This document shows, piece after piece, positions 44,711-52,754 of a DNA stretch of 64,000 nt. Under the pieces are notes generated by a model. That model saw nothing but the letters and a program-made list of their open reading frames with translations. It had not been told where the DNA came from and searched no databases. Within the stretch, counting starts at the first letter, position 1. The number at the start of each line of letters is the position of its first letter. The stretch is from a virus: IMG/VR virus record IMGVR_UViG_3300032235_001069, positions 21,693 through 85,692 of that record. The stretch is one strand, 5' to 3'. Position numbers and translations under genes: made by a program.

Positions 44711-44824
44711 GATCATGCACGCCATGCATCATGCACTGGCCGCATGTGCATGCACCGCATGCATACGATGCACCCGCCGCATGGCCATGCATGGCCCGCA
44801 TGCCATGCACAGCCCGCATGCACC
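44711..44824. repeat. CATG/TGCA-dense non-coding tract
   Basis: 12 CATG and about 10 TGCA counted in ~114 bp. Confidence 0.85.
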
Positions 44825-44943
44825 TACTTCTTACTCATGAAGTATTCTGCAGCTTCCGCAACGAAGGCGACTAGGGCGATGAATACCATCGGGAAAAGTA
44901 CGAAGATTGATGCGGCGAGGATGTCAAGGATTTGTGTTTTCAT
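44824..44943 (-). CDS. Small single-TM protein
   Basis: MKTQILDILAASIFVLFPMVFIALVAFVAE. Confidence 0.5.
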   Translation of the reverse strand: MKTQILDILAASIFVLFPMVFIALVAFVAEAAEYFMSKK

Positions 44944-44999
44944 GGTGTGTTTTTTTGTGTGGTTTGAAGGGGGGCTTTCGCCCCCCCTTTGTGGTTTGC

Positions 45000-45251
45000 T
45001 TAGGCGTTTGCGTATTCTCTGATAAGCTTTAGTCCGTTCACTTCCAAGGTGCGGATTTTTGCCGCACTGGTGAAGCTGCGCGTCCCCTTGGCCGTTGCTA
45101 GGATGTATTGCGTGCCAGCGGCGCATGCCTTAGCTTCAACCAACGTGCCTTCCAGCGTCTTGAATTGCCCGTTGTCATTCACGCGATCATTTGACGATGC
45201 GTGATAGGTGACTTTGATGTTCGATCCGTTTGCGATTGTTAGGTTTGCCAT
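45000..45251 (-). CDS. Hypothetical early protein (leaderless)
   Basis: TTGTTT...TATACT-TCTCACAT-ATG. Confidence 0.65.
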   Translation of the reverse strand: MANLTIANGSNIKVTYHASSNDRVNDNGQFKTLEGTLVEAKACAAGTQYILATAKGTRSFTSAAKIRTLEVNGLKLIREYANA

Positions 45252-45293
45252 ATGTGAGAAGTATAGGTGAGAGGGTGAGAGAAACAAGCTTTT

Positions 45294-45500
45294 TTAAGCT
45301 TTTTTTACCGAATGATCAAAGTGCATACTGCACTCTTTTGCATATTCTTCGTTAGTGAGGATAAGCGCGAAGCTGATATCGAAGCGACCGCTTGCAAACA
45401 GCTCTGCGCGAACGGCTTTCGCCTCCTCGCGAGTCTCGCAACGGATCGCCTCATGCCCGAAGTTTCCTGCCTTGTTTAAGCTAACGTATAATGTGAACAT
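45294..45500 (-). CDS. Hypothetical early protein (leaderless)
   Basis: Near-identical promoter block to 45251. Confidence 0.6.
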   Translation of the reverse strand: MFTLYVSLNKAGNFGHEAIRCETREEAKAVRAELFASGRFDISFALILTNEEYAKECSMHFDHSVKKA

Positions 45501-45603
45501 GAGAGAAGTATAGGTGAGCGAGAGAGCGAAACAAGCTTTTTTGTGTTTTTATGCTACTTTTTTTTGCACGCGCAAAGCACTAAGAGAGAGAGTGTTAGGA
45601 AGG

Positions 45604-45804
45604 TCATTTGCCTTGACCCTCCATCTTTTCGATCCTCGCTTTCAGAAACTCTTGAATCTGAGGGTGATGCGATGCCAAGATTTGCAAGGTGCTTTGAAGG
45701 TGTGCAATCGTGCACGTTTCAACATACTCAGGTGCGTAAGTGTTTTCGGCGTTGCGCTTTACGCATGCGACGAAGTTTTCTGCGAGTGTTAGTGGGTCTT
45801 GCAT
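45604..45804 (-). CDS. Hypothetical early protein
   Basis: ORF. Confidence 0.5.
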   Translation of the reverse strand: MQDPLTLAENFVACVKRNAENTYAPEYVETCTIAHLQSTLQILASHHPQIQEFLKARIEKMEGQGK

Positions 45805-45862
45805 AAGTAGGTGAATGAGAGAAGGTTAGAGAGAGGGGATGGAACCCTCTCCGTTTCAGTGA

Positions 45863-46078
45863 CTAGTGAATGTAATCGTGAGCGGCTTCTTGGCAATCGT
45901 CTGAAGGAATGCTTTCAAGCTCCTCAGCAGTAAGCGCAACGTACTCATTGCCAACCTTTTTCAAAGCCCCGATAATGAATGCGTCACAGAAGTCTGGATA
46001 ATCGCGCATATCGATCCCATCCATCTCAATGTCAAAACACTCGATCACTTCGCCGTTCACAGTCAATTTCATATCCAT
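45863..46078 (-). CDS. Small acidic phage protein (leaderless)
   Basis: GID.RDYPDFCDAFI...LT.EEL; TTGCGG...TAGTCT-TCTCAC-ATG. Confidence 0.7.
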   Translation of the reverse strand: MDMKLTVNGEVIECFDIEMDGIDMRDYPDFCDAFIIGALKKVGNEYVALTAEELESIPSDDCQEAAHDYIH

Positions 46079-46330
46079 GTGAGAAGACTAAGCGAAGCGC
46101 TTTCGAACCGCAACATTTATTTAATGTTTTTTTACCCCCCCCATTATTTGAAAAATGCATGCGGTGCATCGGCGGCCAGGCCAGGGGGGACTATTTTTTC
46201 AGTCTACCCCCAAAAATTCACCATTCCAAACTACCCCCCCCTTTTTTTTAAAATCATTATAATCTCTCCCTATACAACATATAACTAAAGTCAAAAAAAA
46301 TCGGACGCTACTATTCGTGTAACCTTTTTT

Positions 46331-46948
46331 ATGAACCACGACGTAAACTTCAAGTGCTTCGTCCGCAGATCACACTTTACTAAAAAAAATATAGACAAAG
46401 AGGTTTTCGATCCTTGTATTGCATTTGCCCTCCAATCAATCTCAGGAAAAATCCTAACATTTCACATCATGACCGATTACGGAATGCTTCGTTCGCGAGT
46501 TCCAATATCAGAAATATTTACTAAGCCGCCAGGATGTGATATCCCCTACCACTACAAACAACTCTGGGATTGTTTTGGCGAGAAAGCTGAAGTCATAAGC
46601 TATGAATATCTCAAACAAAAGAGATGCCAAGTCATTTTAAAAGATAAAAAATTAATCTGGGCAACTTATATGTTTACTGTGGATTGGTATGACAATCCCT
46701 ACAGCGAAGAACCTAGCGATTACAAGTGTGGCCACATCTTAGCGGCAGACGACGGCTATCTTCTCTGCCAACCAAACAATAGAATATATTGGAAAGACTC
46801 GAATTTCATTTGCCGCGATTTTCCAATTGACAAAAAAGATATTAAAGTAGACAATGAATTACTATCTGTAGAAACTGCATCTGATAAATGGGTGTCAGAA
46901 GATACGGATTCATTTTACTACAATATCAATGAAAACAGAACAAATTAA
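46331..46948 (+). CDS. Conserved phage hypothetical protein
   Basis: QLWDCF, Y.FTVDW, K..H....DG....QPNNRI.W. Confidence 0.75.
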   Translation: MNHDVNFKCFVRRSHFTKKNIDKEVFDPCIAFALQSISGKILTFHIMTDYGMLRSRVPISEIFTKPPGCDIPYHYKQLWDCFGEKAEVISYEYLKQKRCQVILKDKKLIWATYMFTVDWYDNPYSEEPSDYKCGHILAADDGYLLCQPNNRIYWKDSNFICRDFPIDKKDIKVDNELLSVETASDKWVSEDTDSFYYNINENRTN

Positions 46949-47519
46949 CATATTCACATCGACAAAAGAATTGCTCGAACACTATTCTCACATCACAACT
47001 GAGAAGAAAGATGAAGTTGGCCACAAACATTTCATGATTCCAATCGAGCATCAGCTCAAATGGTTTAATGACGGCTTAGGCTCCATCACCTATTTCGAAA
47101 CAATTAAAAATGATAAAATAACCACAACCAAAGGAGAACATCTTTATCAAATGCACATGGAATATGCAAAAAATCTCCAAATGGGCGAAATCAAAGATGA
47201 CCAGATTACTGAACCTGTCTACATCAAAGCTGATGGATTCGATGATTGTCTTGTTGGCTTAGGGTTCCGTTTCGGCAATAGAGGAACCTTAGTTTATGAT
47301 CAAGCAAAAGTAATTGACAAACTGATTAAAGACAGCGATGGCAAAATGTCCGAAGAAGAAGCTTTAGAATATTATGAATTTAATATTCTTGGAGCATTCG
47401 TTGGGGAGAACATGCCAATGTTTGTAGAGAAATGCACAATGCAAGATATTAATGATCTAATTGAAGATTGCCCACAAGATGAATGCTGTGGCGGAGGATG
47501 TCACCAAACGGATTCGTAA
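46929..47519 (+). CDS. Hypothetical protein
   Basis: ADGFDD...G...VYD...M.EEEA.EY.EFNI.GA.VGE.MP.F. Confidence 0.7.
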   Translation: MKTEQINIFTSTKELLEHYSHITTEKKDEVGHKHFMIPIEHQLKWFNDGLGSITYFETIKNDKITTTKGEHLYQMHMEYAKNLQMGEIKDDQITEPVYIKADGFDDCLVGLGFRFGNRGTLVYDQAKVIDKLIKDSDGKMSEEEALEYYEFNILGAFVGENMPMFVEKCTMQDINDLIEDCPQDECCGGGCHQTDS

Positions 47520-47920
47520 GATCCGTTATCTAAAGTATAAAATATATTTTTAAAGCCCAAACCCTGCAGGACTTTCATACAGTTCTGACAGGGTTTTGCT
47601 ATTTTAACATTATCTTCGTTATCAATACGCACATTAACAAAGGTAAGCTTAGAGCAATCGGTTTTCCCCATCTTAATTAAAGCATCAATCTCAGAATGAA
47701 TTGAGGCAATATACTTTTCTGGATTATCCTTAAATCCCCTATAAGCTCCAAACATGTTTCTTCTATGCAATTTTTTAAGATTATTTATTCCAATGCTTAT
47801 TAACTTGTTCTTATTGTAAACGAAAGTTACATGAAAAGCTCTACCTGTTTGCCTGTCTTTCTTCAGGCATTTTGCTATTTCTATACACTTTTTTATTTTG
47901 GTAGTTACGCTCTTGGTCAT
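47501..47920 (-). CDS. Cytidine/deoxycytidylate deaminase-like protein
   Basis: H....., SIG.N, HSEIDAL, KPCQNC, IFYT. Confidence 0.8.
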   Translation of the reverse strand: MTKSVTTKIKKCIEIAKCLKKDRQTGRAFHVTFVYNKNKLISIGINNLKKLHRRNMFGAYRGFKDNPEKYIASIHSEIDALIKMGKTDCSKLTFVNVRIDNEDNVKIAKPCQNCMKVLQGLGFKNIFYTLDNGSYESVW

Positions 47921-47954
47921 CTGAAGAGTGTAAAAAGACTAAAGGAATAAGTCA

Positions 47955-48848
47955 ATGGCATTTTTAAAATATTCAGATTTACCAGTATTTGCAGAATTCA
48001 CTTCACAAAATACAGCTCCATCAAAAAATGTATCAAAGATATTCATGGCGACAGAAGCCAGTCTAGCTTTAGACACAAATTTAACTGCAAATCGTTATTT
48101 GGGCAAAGCGCAGATTAGAAATGACTATTCGTTGACTGGTCCCTTGGAAGGTAAATTTTCGATGTCCTTTATTCCAATCATCGAAAAGGACACTTCAATA
48201 ACTAATATTCAAAAAGAAAATCAATTAGGATTTTTTGGACTAACTGGCGATTTTAGCGCTGGACATCAAATATACTTCTCAAATTTCTTGCTTAAAAAAG
48301 TATATCTCCAAGGATATTCAGTAAAAATAAATCCTTATCAACCAGTTTCTGTTTCTGCTAATTTTATAGCTTACGATGTCACGGATTTAAAGGGTCAAAC
48401 TTTATCTGGTTTCTCTGATCAATTGGCAGTACCCAAAAATACATCTGCTCCATACTATGAAGCTTTGCACGCTTTGACGACTAGGATGGATGGATCTACA
48501 GTAAACATTCCATCAACTAAAATATCAATAGAAATTAATGTAGATTGCCAAAGAACGCCAATTTATCCATTAGGACAACAAACTCCAGAATCAGTAGTCC
48601 TAACTGCTGTAGAAAGAACTACAACAGTACAAGGGGAAAATATAGGAGCAGTAGTAGATATCACAGGAGTCAATCCAGGCGCCACAAATGTACACTTCCT
48701 TCCCTTGAGTAAGAAAGATTCTACTCCAGATCAAAACTATAACTCTTTATCGTTTGATATTAATGGAAGAATCACATCTCAACAAGTATCTGTTTCTCAA
48801 AATTCAATGTTGAATGGCAGGATTATCATAAAAGAAGTTATTCTTTAA
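47955..48848 (+). CDS. Probable virion structural protein (tail-tube-like)
   Basis: Beta-rich, T/S/N-rich composition; GTGTAA upstream. Confidence 0.45.
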   Translation: MAFLKYSDLPVFAEFTSQNTAPSKNVSKIFMATEASLALDTNLTANRYLGKAQIRNDYSLTGPLEGKFSMSFIPIIEKDTSITNIQKENQLGFFGLTGDFSAGHQIYFSNFLLKKVYLQGYSVKINPYQPVSVSANFIAYDVTDLKGQTLSGFSDQLAVPKNTSAPYYEALHALTTRMDGSTVNIPSTKISIEINVDCQRTPIYPLGQQTPESVVLTAVERTTTVQGENIGAVVDITGVNPGATNVHFLPLSKKDSTPDQNYNSLSFDINGRITSQQVSVSQNSMLNGRIIIKEVIL

Positions 48849-48862
48849 TTTATAATATATAA

Positions 48863-49603
48863 ATGGCTAAAAAACCAGTTCTCAAAAAAACTCAAGATTT
48901 AAAAATTGCACCAAGACCTAAAGAAAAAATAAATTTTAAGCAAAGACCTTTTAAATTTTCAGATAAACAAAAACAATTTTTGGAATTAGCATTGGCTGAC
49001 GAATCTAAGATAATTTTCTTAGCAGGACCAGCAGGGACATCCAAGACCTATATGTCTGTATACGCAGCAATTAATTTGCTCGCGAAAGATACAAATAAAG
49101 AAATAATCTACGTAAGAAGTATTGCTGAAAGCGCAGAAAAGGGCTTGGGAAGTTTACCAGGCGAAGCAGACCACAAGTTCGAACCATTCGTAACTCCATT
49201 ATGGGAAAAGATCGATGAAATGGTTTCTGAAGAGCATGCAGTTTGGTTAAAAAGAAGTGAACTGCTTTCTGCAAAGCCAATAAATTATCTCAGAGGTGCA
49301 AGTTGGGCAGATAAATTAATTGTAGCTGATGAAGCTCAGAATTTTTCCTACAAAGAACTAGTTACTTTAATAACTCGCATTGGCGAAAATAGTAAAATGT
49401 TTATCTGCGGAGATTTCATGCAAGCAGATGTTAAATCTACTGGATTTAGACAAATGTTTAATTTGTTTAATGATCAAGATTCACAAGATAATGGAATTTT
49501 CTGTTTTGAATTCGACAATAACGATATTTATAGAAGTGGAATTTTAAAATATATTATTATTAAATTGCAGCAAGAAAAAGATAAGGAAAAAAATAATAAT
49601 TAG
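48863..49603 (+). CDS. phoH: PhoH-like ATPase
   Basis: GPAGTSKT, LG.LPG, YLRG, DEAQN, TRIGENSK, GD..Q.D, DI.RS. Confidence 0.92.
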   Translation: MAKKPVLKKTQDLKIAPRPKEKINFKQRPFKFSDKQKQFLELALADESKIIFLAGPAGTSKTYMSVYAAINLLAKDTNKEIIYVRSIAESAEKGLGSLPGEADHKFEPFVTPLWEKIDEMVSEEHAVWLKRSELLSAKPINYLRGASWADKLIVADEAQNFSYKELVTLITRIGENSKMFICGDFMQADVKSTGFRQMFNLFNDQDSQDNGIFCFEFDNNDIYRSGILKYIIIKLQQEKDKEKNNN

Positions 49604-49688
49604 ATATTATTTTTACTTATAATCATTTTTAATTTCCCAAGGTTTCTTTAAAGAAGGTTTTCTTATTTGATTATATAATAAGAAAAAT

Positions 49689-50081
49689 ATGGCATCAATA
49701 TTCTGTCCAAGCTGCGGAAGTAAATCTGAATATCAGTTCGCGCCACCGAATTTCTGTTCGAAATGTGGTCAACCTTATGCTGGAAGAACTTCGCATAAAA
49801 AAATGCCAACTTCTGCTCAAGTAAAATTGCGCAAAGATCAACCAGACGAACAAGATTCTATTGAAGACGATTATGATGAAGAAAGTTATGCCGAAGATAC
49901 ATTTTCTGACTCTACTAGAGTGCCAAGACTTAGATCGCTTCAAGTAGATATAGACAACTCATCAGATGTAAGAGTGGTCAAAATGTCCGATTTGCTTAAT
50001 GGAAATTTTGAACAGCAGTCATTAAAATTAGGCGAACGTCAAAGCATAGATGAGGTAATGGATGAGCGAAAATCAAACTAA
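49689..50081 (+). CDS. Zinc-ribbon protein with acidic tail
   Basis: FCPSCG...PNFCSKCG. Confidence 0.7.
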   Translation: MASIFCPSCGSKSEYQFAPPNFCSKCGQPYAGRTSHKKMPTSAQVKLRKDQPDEQDSIEDDYDEESYAEDTFSDSTRVPRLRSLQVDIDNSSDVRVVKMSDLLNGNFEQQSLKLGERQSIDEVMDERKSN

Positions 50082-50766
50082 AAAATTCACCTTTGAAGAA
50101 AAAAGCGAAATAATAATCAAAGCGATAAACAAGAAAAGAAATAAGTGGCAATTGACCGCTATTGCTTGGATGGATTTTGATGATGTCTCTCAAATCATTA
50201 AATTACATATTTATAAAAAGTGGGGAATGTGGGATCAGTCGAAACCGCTTGAACCTTGGATTGGAAGAATAATAGCCAATCAACTTAAAAATTTAATTAG
50301 GAATAATTATACAAATTACATAAGACCATGTTTGAGTTGTCCACATAATGGTGGTGAAGATCAGTGTATTATTTCCCCCAATGGATTACAAAGTGGATTT
50401 TGTGAATTGTTTAAGAAATGGGAACGGCAGAAGAAGAGTGGTTATGATTTGAAGATGCCTTTAGCTTTGGAGAACCACAAAAAAGAAGTTGAAGAAACTA
50501 TAGATAATTCATTTTTTTCATTTAGTTCTGTTGATGTATTAAATGACGAGATGAAAAAAGTTTTAACACTTAAGCAATACAGCGCATATGTAATGCTTTT
50601 CTTTGAGAAGAAAGATGAAGAGGAAGTTGCTCGTTTTATGGGATATAAAACAACTGAAAAGAACAGAATGATTGGATACAAGCAAATTAAAAATCTCAAA
50701 AAACTTTTCAGGGAAAAAGCTTTAGAAATTCTAAAAAATAAAGACATCTGTTATGGATCAGAATGA
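50062..50766 (+). CDS. Sigma-factor-like protein (candidate late sigma)
   Basis: DFDDVSQ...KW..WD..KPL..W...I..NQ.KN region-2-like; C-terminal HTH 'EEVARFMG'. Confidence 0.6.
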   Translation: MSENQTKKFTFEEKSEIIIKAINKKRNKWQLTAIAWMDFDDVSQIIKLHIYKKWGMWDQSKPLEPWIGRIIANQLKNLIRNNYTNYIRPCLSCPHNGGEDQCIISPNGLQSGFCELFKKWERQKKSGYDLKMPLALENHKKEVEETIDNSFFSFSSVDVLNDEMKKVLTLKQYSAYVMLFFEKKDEEEVARFMGYKTTEKNRMIGYKQIKNLKKLFREKALEILKNKDICYGSE

Positions 50767-51844
50767 ATCATTGAGCTTGGAGCAGAATAAACCATTAAGT
50801 TTAAGCTTCGAGCAAGAGCAATTTATTTTAAATAATTATAAATTAGTTAAAGACCTAAATCTTTTAACTAAAAAAGTTTTCGGAAACGAAGATATTGATG
50901 GAAGGTCAATTGAAGGAAAATTAATTAGGGCATTTCTTGTAAGAAATAAGCTTGAGTATAAAACCACAAAGCATAAAAAAGTAGATGCAGTCGAATTAAC
51001 TGAGGCAAACAAACATTTCATCATGCAGTCCGCTGAAAATGGAATGAGTTCATTTGCGATTGCTGAATTATTGTTTCCAGATAGGGAAGTAAAGAAGCTA
51101 GGAGCCGAACAGAGGGCAGTATTGGAACATATCCGCACAGTTAATGAGGATTTTGTACCAAGTCAAGAAAGTGGCTTATTGACGCATTACAGCCCACCTA
51201 AATCATACCCCAGATTAATTAAAAAAGTTTTCGATTCCACGGGAACTCAATTAGAAGAATTAAAGTTAGCTAGAAATCAAAAAAATTGCTTAGACAAGAT
51301 GGCGATTAATTTATCGAATTCTCGATTTATTAAAATAATGAACAACTATACCTCTAAAGATGATCGCAATCTTTTTGAGGAAGAGTTTGTGAGATTGACT
51401 TGGGATAAGCCAGACTTAACTGCAGACGAACTTAATTTATACATGAACGTTTGCAAGGAAATTATTAACCTTGAAGTTATAAGCAAACATTTGAATAAAT
51501 TAAATGACCTATTCGAGGACGCGCAAGATCAAAATGAAATGACTGTTAAATTAGCAGAAATTATTAAAGCTAAAAGTGGCGAATATCATCAATGCGAAGG
51601 CAGAATAGAAACTTTAACAAAAAAACTTCAAGGCGATAGGGCAGAAAGAATGAAAAACAAGCAAAGAGAAAATGCTTCGATTCTTTCTTTAGTTCAAATG
51701 TTTCAAGAAGAAGATGAGCGCAAAAATATGATTCGAATTGCAGAAATGCAAAAAGAATTAGTATCCAAGGAGGCTGAACGTCTTGAAGGCATGGCTGCAT
51801 TCAAAGCTAGAGTTTTAGGAATTTCAAAAGAAGATGTCATTTAA
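50753..51844 (+). CDS. Hypothetical protein upstream of terminase (helical; possible small terminase)
   Basis: Position; coiled-coil C-terminus. Confidence 0.55.
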   Translation: MDQNESLSLEQNKPLSLSFEQEQFILNNYKLVKDLNLLTKKVFGNEDIDGRSIEGKLIRAFLVRNKLEYKTTKHKKVDAVELTEANKHFIMQSAENGMSSFAIAELLFPDREVKKLGAEQRAVLEHIRTVNEDFVPSQESGLLTHYSPPKSYPRLIKKVFDSTGTQLEELKLARNQKNCLDKMAINLSNSRFIKIMNNYTSKDDRNLFEEEFVRLTWDKPDLTADELNLYMNVCKEIINLEVISKHLNKLNDLFEDAQDQNEMTVKLAEIIKAKSGEYHQCEGRIETLTKKLQGDRAERMKNKQRENASILSLVQMFQEEDERKNMIRIAEMQKELVSKEAERLEGMAAFKARVLGISKEDVI

Positions 51845-52754
51845 CTGTTTAGAGTGTGAGCAGGAATTTGATTCTGAGAGATCCCTTCATGCGCATATTA
51901 AAAAACACGAAATATATCTGCACGATTATTTCGTTAAACATTTTTCACGCAGAAATTTATTAACAAATGAATTATTACCTTTTAAAAATAAAGAAAGTTA
52001 TTTTGATTATGATTTTGACAATATTGATCAACTTTATAAGTGGTGTTCAGTGGGTAACCAACAAACTGTTAAAAATTATATACTAGATAAGCTTGCTACC
52101 AGAATTAAAAGTCGTAATTTAAATTTTGCACCGAATGAAATTGAATTATATACGAGCATGCTTCCAAGCATATCGATATATAAAAAATTCTTTAAGAGTT
52201 ATACGTTTGCATGCGAGGAAATTGGCGCAAAGCCAATGTTCAATGCAAAAATTCCAGATGCATTTTGGAAAGATGATTCAATTAAAGAATTAACTATTTT
52301 AACTGATACTAGAGAACAAGAACCTTTGTTTTTTGAAAATCAAATAGTCAGAAAACTTGATGTTGGCGACTATGCGATACAGGATCATTTTGATTATACA
52401 TTTGTCGATAGAAAGTCTGAGGGAGATTTCAAATCTACTTTAAGTAAAGATAATTTTTTAAGATTTAAAAGAGAGTTGGATAGATGCAGGGCAATGGATT
52501 GCTATTTATTTGTGGTAGTCGAATCTGATTTAAAAAAATTAGAGCAATCTAATAAAAGATCTGCGCACAAAGCAAACATGAAATATATTTATCACAATAT
52601 GCGAGTATTGCAACATGAATATAGAGATTGTTGTCAATTTGTTTTTTCTGGCAATAGAAAAAATAGCGAAGACTTAATTCCAAGAATCTTACTTCACGGA
52701 AAAAAAATTTGGAATGTTGATTTACAATATTTCATTAACGAAAAACAATTATGA
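51834..52754 (+). CDS. C2H2 zinc-finger plus ERCC4-type nuclease protein
   Basis: CLEC...LHAHIKKH; DTREQ, LDVGDY, DRKS..D. Confidence 0.75.
   Translation: MSFNCLECEQEFDSERSLHAHIKKHEIYLHDYFVKHFSRRNLLTNELLPFKNKESYFDYDFDNIDQLYKWCSVGNQQTVKNYILDKLATRIKSRNLNFAPNEIELYTSMLPSISIYKKFFKSYTFACEEIGAKPMFNAKIPDAFWKDDSIKELTILTDTREQEPLFFENQIVRKLDVGDYAIQDHFDYTFVDRKSEGDFKSTLSKDNFLRFKRELDRCRAMDCYLFVVVESDLKKLEQSNKRSAHKANMKYIYHNMRVLQHEYRDCCQFVFSGNRKNSEDLIPRILLHGKKIWNVDLQYFINEKQL

Noticed and set aside
44532-45022. His/Met/Cys/Ala-rich ORFs (44532-, 44569+, 44744+)
   Set aside because: They are translations of the CATG tract and junction element, open in several frames because of low complexity.
38981-46288. Plus-strand ORFs across the early region (e.g. 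38981, 39904, 41256, 44176)
   Set aside because: They are shadows of minus-strand genes. Their shared 'VIVLD' peptide is simply the repeated DNA element.
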